A stretch of DNA of 60,253 nt, counting the filler, from Sphacelaria rigidula (taxonomy: Eukaryota): assembly GCA_964200075.2 (NCBI GenBank). It is 4 parts of 4 records of this genome, joined end to end, with 100 filler letters (N's around TTAATTAATTAA, not from the genome) between each part and the next. Parts side by side here need not be neighbours in the genome. Positions count along the whole stretch, not along the records: positions 1 to 14,989 come from CAXNAA020001960.1; 3 more parts are not named here. One strand, given 5' to 3'. Position numbers and translations under genes: made by a program. Positions 1 to 11,980 of the stretch are shown here, one piece after another. The notes under the pieces are model-generated. The model worked only from the letters and a program-made list of their open reading frames with translations. It searched no databases and was not told the DNA's origin. Numbering within the stretch: position 1 is the first letter of the stretch; each line of letters begins with the position of its first letter.

Positions 1-36
<36 letters not shown>
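1..36. repeat. (AAT)n microsatellite
   Basis: Perfect AAT repeats at the window start. Confidence 0.95.
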
Positions 37-37
<1 letters not shown>

Positions 38-104
38 TTTCTCATCACCCTGCTATACCCCGCGGGTTTCCGTCGCCGCGCGATGCCGCAACCACGAAAG
101 AAGA

Positions 105-1239
105 TGCTCAAGTTGTCACGAAAAGGAAATACATCATACCCAACCACGGCAGTGTGTATCTATATCCCTGTGCCCAACTCGTATTCTTCGCTGCAGGGTT
201 GTGCGGTGGTAGCTGGGAGCAAGTGTTGTTGGGTTTGAATGGTTTGATCCGTGAACGACAGGTGATACTTATCTCAGGTGCTGATCTATACTGAAATATT
301 CTACATCGCTGGGGTCCCAAAGGTGGAACTCCAGAAGTAAATTTACACCCTCGAGAGTTTTCCCCCAAATTTCCCCAGAGGCCCCCTCAGTAAAATTATG
401 GGCTCAAGGAAATCATGGTTCTACCTGTTGAACCATTTATGAAGTTATTGCTTGATGTCCATTTGAGGCACAAACATACATCTAACAGTGGATTCTCGAA
501 AATGGGGTTGAAAAACAAAAAGAGGTTCAACTCAAAAGCCGTGCTTTCCCTGAACCAAATTCATGACAAGTGACTTTCATATCGACCGCCTCATCCCTCC
601 CGACCTCCCTAAAACTATTTCGAGGGATTTCTAGCCTTCCGTTCCCCCAAAGGGCATGTGCGAAAGCACATTTTTGCCTCGATTTCGGGGTGAAAAAATG
701 ATGTTTTTTGTCCCCAAAATCGTGCTTTCGCACATTCCCTTTGGGGGAACGGAAGGCTAGAAATTCTTCGAAATAGTTTTAGGGGGTCGGGAGATATGGG
801 GTGGTCTATATGAAAGTAATTTGTCATGAATTTGGTCAGGGAAAGCACGGCTCTTGAGTTGAACTTCATTTTGTTTTTCAACCCCATTTTCGAGAATCCA
901 CTGTTACCTGAAGTCAACTACGAACCATAGATGGTTCAGTGCTCAGTGCATAATCCTCTCCACCATAAAAAGCGCGAGTTCGACACCCATCCCTGACATA
1001 TCTTGGCCGTTTTTTCCGCCAGTACCGTGCCCGCGCTGTTAGGTGGAGCATATTGTATGTGCGTAAAAATAATGTACAGCAAAATTACAACAATGAATAC
1101 TCCACGGGGCGACGAAACCCCGTGAAGCGTGTTGTGTGGCGCAAAAAAATGCCCTACAGCCAAATCCCCGCGAGAAACACTGCACAGTTTCTCTGAACGC
1201 TGTAGACGTGCCCCACAGGGTGCTATCTGTCCACGTATG
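105..1239. mobile_element. Right part of a CACTA-like non-autonomous DNA transposon (paralog of 7383-9594)
   Basis: Colinear similarity to 8790-9594 (e.g. cataccaaccacggcagtgtgtat-type motif, cagccaaatccccgcgagaaacac); ends in the same terminus ccacagggtgctatctgtccacgtatg. Confidence 0.75.
485..904. mobile_element. Foldback MITE, Tc1/mariner-like (TA target duplication)
   Basis: About 200-bp inverted arms ACAGTGGATTCTCGAAAATGGGG...CCCCATTTTCGAGAATCCACTGT flanked by TA on both sides; absent from the paralogous host copy near 9.2 kb. Confidence 0.9.
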
Positions 1240-1859
1240 TAGTGCTAGTGACAAATGAAACTCAAATTCAACCTGCACAGAGTGACGCTACGGTACGGGT
1301 GCACAAATAGTTTCTGAGGTTAGAGATTGTTAGGAGCCCTTGATCTCATGCAAAACACTACCTATGAAAATATGTAAAAGTATGCCAGGATTACTTACTA
1401 TTCCAATGTGCTGGAGATATCCCGAATGACTTTGCAAACGGGGATGCCCTGACCCATATTCTTGTGCATCTAGAATCGTAAGGAGCCCCTGAACTAGACG
1501 ATATTTCGCGAAAAAAGTGTACCCCAACCGTAGCATTGCTCCACACATGCATGCCGCCTTGCATGGCTGCAGGATCTTGTGAACACCCTGCATACTGGCG
1601 AATCACACTTCGAGTAATGAAGTGCTTGTCAACGCACACACTACGTGTAGTCCTCAAAACATACACACACATAAATATAACCTACTCACTAATTAAATGA
1701 GCGACGATAGACCGAGCGTTTTTGGCGATGGTGCGCGCTGGACACGTGTTGTATTGGCGATCTCGAATGCGAGCTTCCATGTAGTGACGATATGTGAATC
1801 AAAAAAAGGAATGGCTCAACGGAAGATGAAAAAAGAGTGAGTTTCTTACCAAAATGACT

Positions 1860-2640
1860 GAATGCTTACAGGAGTCGCTGATGCACAATCCTGTCACAAC
1901 ATTTCGTAAGAGTGTCTTGTAGTTGATCCCGGAATGTACGTGGTTGATCGAGAGCTGCCCATTCCCTATCATGTCCTTGAGGTTGGAGAACCGAATGGCG
2001 AGATGCTTGCTGCTGGTGCCGAAGTTGACCTTCGATGAGAGAGTCATCCTACGATAGGGTGGGGGGGTATTTTGGGCCACTTCTTGCACGAAATTCCAAG
2101 ACATATCGTCGTTGAGATCAGCAACGGTTGCTCGAGCGAGCTTGTTATAGATAAATAACGCTCATTTATAACGATTGACACCGTTATGAACCAAATACAA
2201 GCGCATCGCGAGTGTGGCATGTCGTCTGACACACTTTTGAGCCTTTTTCTTCGTGCCATCAGACACCCCCCCCCCTATCGTAGGATGACTCGAGAGATGA
2301 AGTGCGCCTTACGAATCAGGGAGAATGGTGGGAGGCTTGAGCGAAAGCCATCCAAGCTCTCGCAGAAGGTTGTAGAGGTAAATGTCGATTTTTCCACACC
2401 TAGCTAAAGCTATAAGCTCAGCTGCCATTGTTGAAGTAGCCGTGATGCGTTGTAGACTCAACGAGAGGTGAAAAAGTCCGTTTGCTAGGGAAAACGTTGT
2501 GCCCGTGGTCGATCTCATCCTCCCTTGTATACCGGAGTTGCCGTAGGAGGAATCGCAATACCCTCGTATATCCAGATTGCCACCACTTGAAGTGCTGTAC
2601 GTGATGGGCAGATCCGGCATTCCCTCCAACTAGCGAAAAA
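1860..2640 (-). pseudogene. Copia RNase H remnant
   Basis: RGYCDSSYG..RSTTG..STMAAELIAL and SSKHLAIRF motifs; frameshifts; split by MITE 2041-2291. Confidence 0.9.
2041..2291. mobile_element. MITE with GAG...CTC termini and 4-bp TSD (Sola-like)
   Basis: TIR GAGTCATCCTACGATAGGG / CCCTATCGTAGGATGACTC; TSD GAGA at 2037-2040 and 2292-2295; second terminus at 30021. Confidence 0.85.
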
Positions 2641-3620
2641 CGCGCTTGACCCCCGCCAAGTGTTGGGTGTTCGGGAAGCTCATGTGGCGCGCCACTTGGG
2701 TCACGCAAAACGCTATATCGAATATTGTGCACTGGGCCAAGAATAGAGACCCCCTACCATGGCCGGATATTGCGTAACCTCCTCTCGTCCAAGGGGGTAT
2801 CCTCCGCATCGTACGAAGATTGGCTTGAAGTCCAGGGGGTGTGAACCGGGTTGCATGGCTACATGCCGAATTTTTGGAGAAACGACAATACGTATTTGTG
2901 TTGTGATAATTTCAAGGCCCCTCCCTCTGCATCTCGAGTTACGTCCATCCCAAGGATGAGAGAAACCGGTCCTAGCTCTGATATCGAAAATCTTGTCTTG
3001 AGCATGTCTTGTACCTGGTGAGGAGCTTGATCGAGGGCCCTGTGATTCAAATGTCATCAAAACGTATTAGCATGATACAGTCGCCGTGTTGCCCCCTTGT
3101 ATATACGAGCGGGTCGCTAGCTGTAGCAGAGGAGCCCATTTCCCGTAGCTCAGCGTCGATATTGAAGTTCCACACGTTGAGACTCTGACGCAACCCGTAC
3201 AAAGCGCGAAGATGCATCACATGAGGTTCCCCCGTTCGGGGGTCCTTGGTCTCGAAACCCGAAGGTTGTTTGCAGAACACCGCCTCCTTCAGGGTCCCGT
3301 TTGGTAATGCGGTTTAAACATCGAGAGCAATAACCGGCCAGTTTCTCGCTGTAGCTATTGCCAACAGGATCCGTTGACTCTCAAGCCGGCAGACTGGTGC
3401 AAAGGTTCTTCGACAGTCGAGTCCGTGTCGCTGCGCCCAGCCTTGTACCATTGGCCGAGCCTTGAACCGTCCATCTGCCTTAACCTTGAAAACCCAACGT
3501 GTGCCAATGATGTTGTTGCTTGAAGGAACAGAGCTGACCGGGACAATATCAGCCACCTCATGATCTTCGATACATGTTTACCTCATCTAACATAGCCTTC
3601 TCCCACTGAGGGGCGAAGGG
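2641..3620 (-). pseudogene. Copia reverse transcriptase remnant
   Basis: IIGTRWVFKVKADGRFKAR, TFAPVCRL, RALYGLRQS, and degenerate YVDD (RFDDI); multiple frameshifts. Confidence 0.92.
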
Positions 3621-3982
3621 CGAGGACGATTCTTGTTGATTATCATTGGAAACAAATTTATGCAGGTGGTATAACGTTGCCATTGCCTACTGTTCCGATA
3701 AACTGAGTGGCACTTTCTAAAGCTATCGCAGTTTGGATGTGGTTCTCTGTTGATGTCAACGCCAGCTTGCCCAATTCCCGAGCTTGACGGTCATTACGTG
3801 GAAAAGGTGCTCGGCAGTCCGTCCTGCCAGTGGAAAGCATTCACATAGGAGTTGGGGCAGTGGAGCTGTTGCCAGTAGTACTTGAATATTTCAACTGGAT
3901 AATGCCGTCGAAGAGGTTGTCTTAGAATTCGTGATGTTGTTGATCTTCACCTGGGGAAAGTTTAGTATTGTAATCCTTCCCA

Positions 3983-5300
3983 TTAGCTGGAGGGGTGTCC
4001 AGCTACTGGTTCGATGAATGCCACATTACACGAGCTGGACATCTTCCCACAGTGGGGATCGTAAATTCGGTACGTAGGACTGTCGGAGTCGTAGCCAATG
4101 AGCACTCCTTCCCAAGCTTTCTTGTCCAATTTATTGCGGTGACGCTCCTGGTGCACAAATGCACGGAAGCCGATGATGCGCAGAAACGAGAATTTTGCAT
4201 GTCCACGGAACATGTGGTGATCCGGGGTGTCGTTGTGGATGACCTTGTGCGGAAGTCGATGAGTGAGAAAGACTGCAGTAAACACGTGATTTTACAAATT
4301 GGGGATGGCTTTTTATTGAGGATAAAAACCCGGATAATTAAAATCTTCGTATCCACACCAAAGCTTCGAATATGGTTCCATTTCTTCACTTGCTGATAGC
4401 TATCGACAATTACTACACGTCCTACAAATTAGGATTTAGATAACCGAAATGTTGAAGTCCTACGTGATGAACCAATTTTGGCGTCCGATCGGATCACCGA
4501 GTTCCTCAAAATTGGTTTTTCACCTAGGACCCCAACATTTCGGTTATCGAAATACGAATTTGTAGGACGTGTAGTAAACGTCAATAGCTACCAGCAAGTG
4601 AAGAAATGTCCCATATTTTGAAGTTTTGGTGTGGATATGAAGATTTGAATTCTCCGGGTTTGCATCCCCAATACAACATGCATCCCCAATTTGTAAAATC
4701 ACGTGCTAGCAGCAGCCATTTCCCCCCAAAGGCTTTTGGGTAGTTGGCGTCATTCAGAAGGTAGCGAGCGACGTTCAGAATGGCTCGACCGTCGCGTTTG
4801 GACGTACCATTTTGTTGGGGGTGGAAGGTCAAGCGAATTCTCGACGAATACCTGTGTTCTTACAGTATCGTCGAAAGTCGTCGGAGATATATTCACCGCC
4901 GTGGTCTGACCACAGGCGATGCACTCGAAGTCCTAAGGGGATTGCGGAGTCTTGAAAAAATCTACAAATAGTAGATAGTGCCTCGTCTTTAGTTCACATG
5001 AAATACACGACTTTACGTCGAATGAAGTAATCTGTAAATTCGTCATGTACCGATAACCACCCAGAGCAGCGGGTGTGATCGGGCCTGTGAGGTCCGCGCT
5101 GACCAGTTGTAGACGCTCGGTGATGTAGGTGCAATCGGCGGTCTTTGGGTGACTACGCTGTTTGCTTTTGTTGATCATGCAGGTGTCGCCGGAAGAGAGA
5201 AAACCGTCGAAATGCACGCCCGATACAGAGATGTGTTTGACACCCTGCATAACACTTTCAGCGGGATGTCCGAGGCGCTTACGCCAATTGTTGGCATGAG
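3983..5300 (-). pseudogene. Copia integrase remnant with GAG-pre-integrase region
   Basis: WRKRLGHP, VSADLTGPITP, PQQNGTSKR, KLDKKAWEGVLIGY..TYRIYDP; split by foldback 4283-4705. Confidence 0.92.
4283..4705. mobile_element. Foldback MITE with CACGTG termini
   Basis: CACGTGATTTTACAAATTGGGGATG...CATCCCCAATTTGTAAAATCACGTG, about 200-bp arms, inserted in the Copia integrase; TSD not resolved. Confidence 0.88.
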
Positions 5301-7290
5301 CTGTCGTCGATAGAACCATGGAGCCATCAGTGGTAACGTCATCGACAACGTCCGCTGCGAAAGCCGTACCGATACCCATGAGGTCACCAGAAACGACAAT
5401 AGTTGTGAGTGCGAAGTGCTTATTAGGAATTTGCGAACCTCGAACATTTTCAAGTCAATATAGTGTAATGTGCCATGCCCGTGAATGCTGATTAGTATTT
5501 TGAAATCACCAATGGCTACATGGGGGTCGGGGCAAAACCTCCTAGAGACCCTCCTGGTCAACGCATCCACCGGTGAAAATAGGCGTTTGCCGAGGCCCGG
5601 TACGATCACGGCCGGAGGACGAACAGAGCGTTGATAGCCTTGAGAATCCGTAGCGGTTGAGTTGATGGTGCCTTTGCAAGTGCCGTAGATAAGGTGGCGC
5701 CCAGCTGTCAACATGGTCATGGGTGGTTCAAGTTTCACGTAGTTATGCATGTCATACTCAATACCAGAACACAATTGATCCTCCAAGAAATGCGATGTTG
5801 CCCCGCTATCAGCTACAAGCCAGAGCGGAACGGTAGTAGCACCGTTGCCGGTGTCGGAGGAGCCAGCAAGAAAGCGAAACCCTATGCCAGTTGGTGGTGA
5901 AGATGTGTCCGGCGCAGTTTGGGCAGAAGGTGTGCCTAATTGCGGAACGGTGCTGGACGAAGGCACAGTCGCCGAATTTTGATCAACGGTTGCCATGTGG
6001 GCATGGTGAGAGCCATCGTTGTTGCTGTTGTTGTCCCGAGTACCGGGGTTGCCTTGGTCATTGTTGCAGGAAACGCGGTCGTAGTTGCGTTGGCCCCGGT
6101 GGTTGTTACGATGACGGTTGTTGCTGCGGTTGCTGTTGTGGTTGCTGTTGCCTGTGACCCCACTAGTATTCCCATTTCGTAGTTGACTTCTGCATTCAGA
6201 GTCGTCATGCCTGTCTGTACGATGAAAACCACACCGTTTCATAGGCCTTGCACCACTTTGAGGCTATGGACGGGTACGACAGTAACGTCCAGAGTCGCCT
6301 ACTTTACCACATGAATACCACTCCCTACGATGCTCGGGGGATCGGACAGATCAATCTAGCGGCGAGGCCGCCGGCATTGCCGAGTCACGGTCATGCGTCG
6401 CCCTGGTCGTACTCCTACGTGCGACGCGATTGGCGTATCGCATCGTGGTTTCGATGTCTGAAATACTCAAATCAGGGTCTCTTTCGGCGTCGTCTTTAGT
6501 TAGATCATACTCATCCGATTTTCCCTCGATTCTGATATCCATTAGCCGTTCCTCAGAGACGATTTCCCCTATGCAATACAATTCGTCCCGTGATTGAAAC
6601 ACTGTTGAGGAGAAAAGGTCTGGGTCTTGATTGGGAGCCATGGTAATGCCGTCGAGCTGCCGCATAAGTATACGGCGTCTCTGTTTGGAAGAGGTTTGGG
6701 ACTTGGACACCAAGCCATCCCAAGCGCGTTTGCCATCGGGCCTTTCGGTACCCTTTGGTTCAAATCGTAAAATGAAACTCGCTGCTGGACCAGTCCTAGT
6801 AAAATATATGACATTGAACAATTGCTCCTTACAACGGTCCCAAGTTTCTATATCACACACATGCAAACAAGGGCTCACTTGTGTACCAGTCACTACGCTT
6901 CCAGCAAGATTTAGCCCCTGGTCTGTACCAACAGCTGCTCCCGCCGCAGCTGCCGCCTCGCCCATTTCCGCTACCCCCTCCAGTGATGAGCGCGTGGGAC
7001 TGGACGGCTGTTGGCGGCGTCCGGAGAAGGTTCCGATGGGGCTTGATCTGGTGGCTGTCGGCGACGAATCTTCGTCTGAATGAGGTCTGTCCTCAGGAAC
7101 AAATGGTGTGGACCGTTGTGCCCCGTTGATTATGTCTGCGATCTGATGAGTCGGGGATATGAGGGCGCACAAAGAGCGCCTCTTCTCTAGGAGTCTCGTT
7201 CCGTCGCACTTAGTGATGCTCCTGATGAGCTGAGTAGCAAACGGCTCTCCCGAAGCATTCATCTGTTCCTCCCGACAAGAGAACATTGCT
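5301..7290 (-). pseudogene. Copia gag and aspartic protease remnant
   Basis: DGKRAWDGL gag motif, CxxH..H....C knuckle (CGFHRTDRHDDSEC), protease WLVADSGATSHF. Confidence 0.88.
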
Positions 7291-7382
7291 GCACTGCACC
7301 TGAAGAAAAAATAATTCATGAAACGCTGTCGTTGCTGCGCCTCGTCGCTCTTGCCGACCTTTGTAGTCACGAATCGGGGCTC

Positions 7383-9594
7383 CATACGTGGACAGATAGC
7401 ACCCTGTGGGACACACTGTGCAGGGTCAGTACAGAGTCCTCCACGGTCTTTGTGAAAACGCAAATCTGTACCTGTCGTAGCGTTTTTTTCGAAACCCTGC
7501 AAGCTACCCTGTGGAAAGGCCCTCCCAATTTTGAAAGTTCCACATTGTTTTGGTGCAAAATCTGTAGATTTATTTATCTCGGACAGCAGGAGAAGCTATT
7601 CAGATCATATTCTTTTCTCGCCCAATTAAATTGGGCAAAAAAAAGGATTTATTTTGAACAGCAGAAGAAGCTATTCAAAGCAGATCCTTTTTTCGCCCGA
7701 TTTAATTGGGCAAGAAAAGGATTCATTTCGAACAGCTTCTTCTGCTGTACAAATCTCATGCACACCGGTAGATTTAGAATTTGAACAGCAGAAGAAGCTT
7801 AACATAAATCCTCGCTTTGTCGGCCAATTCATCCGGAAATTGAGAAAGAAGGGAATTATTGCGAACAGCATCAGCTGTGCAAATCCCGCATACTGCATCG
7901 TTATCAGCGGATGGGATCCGAGACGCAAAACAATATTGAGAATAATTCATCCTCTTGCCCCCCAGCTCATGTATCAATTGGACTAAAGGATGAATTCTCA
8001 ACAGCTTTTGCTGAACAGAAGTCCTGTACACTGCTTACGAGTGTATGTCCACACGCCCGTGCTTCTAAGCGACGCTTCCGCTGCAGGCGTGGTAATGATG
8101 CTGGATCTACGGTGTATACCTCGCACATGAATGCACATAGCTTATAAAAACCCCGCAGTCCAGTCCCTACCAAGACAAACCAAATAATTTTTTGCAAAAA
8201 CGCTAAAAAACACAACACACATTGATTGATTGAGTGTCGCACTTTATATAGCTGACCCCCGCCCGCAGCAGGGGTCCAGCCGTGGTCTATATAATCACAA
8301 CAGTAAGCTGTATAATACCATGCAGGACAGTGCAATACCGCGTGCTTATACGTCAGGTGCTGTATACTACAGAGTGATCGCGCCATATGCACTATACGTA
8401 TGGCTATGCAATATGTGGATATATGCTGCAGCTGATATTTTGATATACGGGGGTGGTATATACCGTCAATAGTCAAACAGGGTTCATACAGCACGCGCGC
8501 ACGTACATATACATATATGCGCACACAAGTGCAGCACGCAGTGAGCAGGCGGGCATGAAAATGAATCGGGGAAAGTACGGTACAGACAGCATAGGACTGT
8601 ATCTGTTCTCTGCCTACACTGCGACATGAAAAGGACTTGAACAACGTGCAGCTTTGTACTGACGATGCGCCTTCGCCCATGCATATAAACTATATATGCG
8701 GTAAGTGCATGCTTTATATGCCCCGCGTGCATATGGCGGTTCGATCCGTCGCCATGCATGCGATGCCGCGCGACCACAAAAGAAGGTAGTCAAATTTCCA
8801 TGCACCAACAAGAAACACCTCATACCCAACCACGGCAGTGTGTATATATGTATCCCTGTGACCAACTCGTGCTCTTCGCTACAGACAGTATAGGGTTGAG
8901 CGGTATATAGCTATATAGCTAGGAGTAACATATTTGTTGTTGTTATGGGTGAGATTTGCATGGATCTCGGGTCATCGTCTAAACTATATAATATACAATG
9001 AGTACTCTGAAGTACAAATTTGCTGGGGTCCGAAAGGTCAAACTCCCGAGGTAAACTACACTCAGTAGAGCACTTTTCCCCCAAAATTACCAACAGGCAA
9101 CCATTTTGAGATTACAAAATAAAGGGTGCTCATGCATACGTTTCTGAACTTAAAATGCTTGATTTATCCATTAGAAACCCAAAGCTAATGTCCGCGTTAA
9201 AAACAAGTCATAGGTGGTTGAATGCGTAGTGCGTTCTTGTCCTGAACACAAAACTTATAGCTCGATCCCTGTCACAATTGAACTGTTTTTCGCCAGTACT
9301 GCGCCCGCGCTGCAAGGTCGAGCATATTGTATGTGCGTTAAAATACTGTATAGCATGTTAACAGCAATGAACACTACACAGAGTGACGATACCCTGTGAA
9401 GCGCCCTGTGTGGCGCAAAAGAATACCCTACAGCCAAATCCCCGCGAGAAACACCGCACAGTTTCCCCGAAACCCTGTGAAGCGTCTTGTGTGGCGCAAA
9501 ACAATACCCTACGGCCAAATCCCCGCGAGAAACACTGCGCGGTTTCCCTGAACCCTATAGACGTGGCCCACAGGGTGCTATTTGTCCACGTGTG
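7383..9594. mobile_element. CACTA/EnSpm-like non-autonomous DNA transposon
   Basis: TIR CATACGTGGACAGATAGCACCCTGTGGG / CCCACAGGGTGCTATTTGTCCACGTGTG, 2-bp TSD TC, subterminal repeats at 7560-8030 and 9390-9560. Confidence 0.8.
8221..8295 (-). mobile_element. LINE/SINE 3' end fragment with (ATCA)n tail
   Basis: Reverse complement gaccacggctggacccc..gggggtcag..gtgcgacactcaatcaatcaat matches the 10230, 35660 and 52690 copies. Confidence 0.75.
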
Positions 9595-10229
9595 TCACAA
9601 CCCTTTGGAGTGGCTGGTGGCGTGTGGCACTGTCGGAATAAACTACACAGGCTGATTGTCTCACAAGACAGTCTCGCAGAGTTGCACAGTAGCTGTCAAG
9701 CTCACTTTGCGGTGCTCACCAGAAGATAAGAATAGCAGATACAGTGCTGTGGGCTCTTAGTCGGCCGATGGAATAACACGAAGTCTCTTCCGAGGAAGGT
9801 ACAAAAAGAGAGAGTGAAAGACCCGGATGATCGACATTGTCGATCATGGGCCGCAATAACTCTGAGAATAAAACAGTTCGAAATACCGACAGAAGGAATA
9901 ACAATGTCCTGCACACACATATGATACCCTATTGCCTGCTGACAGGTTAACGTATCCAGATCAAGTCCCCATTCAATTATTATTAGTTAACTAACAATTT
10001 CTTTCCTAGTTGCATTGCTACAGTACTTATTTTATTTTATTTTATTTGCTTTGTACTTTCCTCTTGTTTTTTTTTTTTTACTTTAGGTCGGCCATTTCTT
10101 TCTGTGTTTTGCTTGTGTTAAATGTTTTTTACTTTTTTTTTCACGACTTAGTCTGATATGCCGTTCTGTTCGAGCACTCTCTTTTTTTCGTTGTCTGTTC
10201 CTCTTTTTTTCTGTTTTCTGTTCCTCTTT

Positions 10230-10350
10230 TTTTTTCTTAGAGCGTGTTTGAGTTTCGTTTCTCTTGGGTACGTCTATCATGAGACCACGGCGAGACCCTG
10301 GGGGGGTCAGTTACAGTGCGACAATCAATCAAAAAAATCAAATCAATCAG
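10230..10350 (+). mobile_element. LINE/SINE 3' end fragment with (ATCA)n tail
   Basis: Near-identical to 35660-35781; pyrimidine-rich 3'UTR-like sequence upstream. Confidence 0.75.
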
Positions 10351-11363
10351 TACTCTACATTGATGGACTATATATTCCAGGTCAGTTAATCATTCACGAC
10401 GATGTACCGTACAGTCTTTCGCTTGTACTTGTATTCGCTATAGGAACTGATATTCAAAAGTAAGAAAATAGACTGCCTTGTTTCTAGATTCTTCTTAACA
10501 GGGGGGGAGGGGGGTCATATTCCACGAAAAAATGTGCTCAGAGATGTGTCAAACTACCAAAAACACTCGCCATGCGCTTATACTTGGGTAAAAGCGGTGT
10601 ATAGCAGTATGATTGAGCGTTCTTGATCGGGAGCAAGCACGTTCGGACGAGTGTTGACTGCTTTCAACGGCGACGGAAATGTAATTTCGTGGAATAAAAC
10701 GGCCCAAAATCCCCCCCCCCCCAATGGTCTTATGACTATAGCATACATGATCATGAGTACACCCCCCCAATCGTAGCATGACTCTTCTCTCGGACGACTA
10801 TTTTCCTCTTTGTCCCCGTCCCCCACTTTTTCCATTTTGCCATGAAACAGTGATGATTTAGTAATGGTTTTAACACCGCGACCGTTCGGTCAAAGTGGGT
10901 AGGCGTCACTAAGAATCATTGACCAGGATGGACTGGCGGGAAGTACTCGAAATTTAGACGTAGGTTCACCGATTGTCAGTCATCCCCCCCCTTTGTGGTA
11001 TGAACATGCACGTCGAAGTCGTAGACTGCACCCAGGTTCCAGGGGTTTAGGTAGCTGCTTCCTCTCCTCGTCCTCAGCAGTCTGTGTTCGTTCGGTAGCA
11101 CGTACTCGCCCTGACCCTCTTCCGAATGTTGTAATGTATTTCACAGTGGGGGTCGTTCGTGCATTGCAAAATGATTGTGAGAGACAGGGTAAGTCGAGCA
11201 ATGCGGGATAGCAGCATTGCCTCGGTGTGTGTTTCCGTCCCGACATACCCTGTGCAGCAGGAGTTGTGCGGAAGAGAGTGAGAATATTAAGGCTGATGTT
11301 CAGTCGTGGGCATGTTTTCTGTCGAAGAACCTCCTCTGAACCTTTATAAACTACATATATATA

Positions 11364-11529
11364 CAAGGTTCCCCTTCGGGAGGTTGGTACGGGCCTCCCG
11401 GGGGTGACGCAAGTCGAGAATATAAAATATTCTTCGTATGCCTTCTCTGCGCTGCAAAAGAAAGCGTGGGGAAAAAAAGCTTGCTGGCAGAGAAAACTCA
11501 GCAAAAGTGCGGTGAAAAATTTGAAATGA
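11364..11529 (-). mobile_element. 166-bp mini-Helitron with both termini
   Basis: 5' TCATTTCA.. end shared with the other copies is joined almost directly to the 3' end CGGGAGG-cccgtaccaa-CCTCCCG hairpin plus AAGGGGAACCTTG|T. Confidence 0.8.
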
Positions 11530-11692
11530 TACATGTACATAACATAAATGGGTTGAATGAAGAGAGAAAAAGCGCGCGAGTCATCGCTTTGTCCGCGACG
11601 ATCGAGCAGGTACATATATTGCCCTCCGCGAGAAATAAACAGACGTGGGCAAACAAAAACAAGTGATGAGGGAGCCTCCAATTACATAGAAT

Positions 11693-11980
11693 AATGTTTC
11701 CGTGAGATTGAGAGTAGAGGATACGATTGAGAGTGAAAAGCGCTCAATTAGTGAAGCAGTTGTTTCAGTTTCGAAATACTCCTCCGCGAGGCCCGATATG
11801 CTTTCTGTAGTAGCATGCGACTGAGGCCCTTGATATCCCTGAGTAGGATATCGATGTGTAACTGTAAGCACACGCCAGTGATGGGGGCAAAAGAAAAGCA
11901 CACACGGAATAAAAAGATCCGCAAGTTAGATCGAATGATCAAAGCCACTCTCAATCAGCGCTCTACTCTCAATCTCAGGT
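11693..11980. mobile_element. About 280-bp MITE (TIR GTTTTCGTGAGATTGAGAGTAGA family)
   Basis: Terminal inverted repeats; further copies at about 23810, 25700, 40095, 45267, 46325, 47218 and 56636. Confidence 0.85.

Larger units (their letters stand above)
1860..9865 (-). mobile_element. Degenerate Ty1/Copia LTR retrotransposon internal region, interrupted by three insertions
   Basis: Minus-strand domain order gag-PR-INT-RT-RNaseH typical of Copia; 5' leader appears to resume at 9595; possible decayed PBS near 9845-9862; no LTR pair found. Confidence 0.9.

Noticed and set aside
1240..1800. 3' LTR of the Copia element
   Set aside because: No similarity found to the sequence beyond the putative PBS (9863 onward), and no clear PPT
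6351..7502. 383-aa ORF as an intact gene
   Set aside because: Chimeric: the first about 40 codons lie in the inserted TIR element and the rest is frameshifted Copia gag
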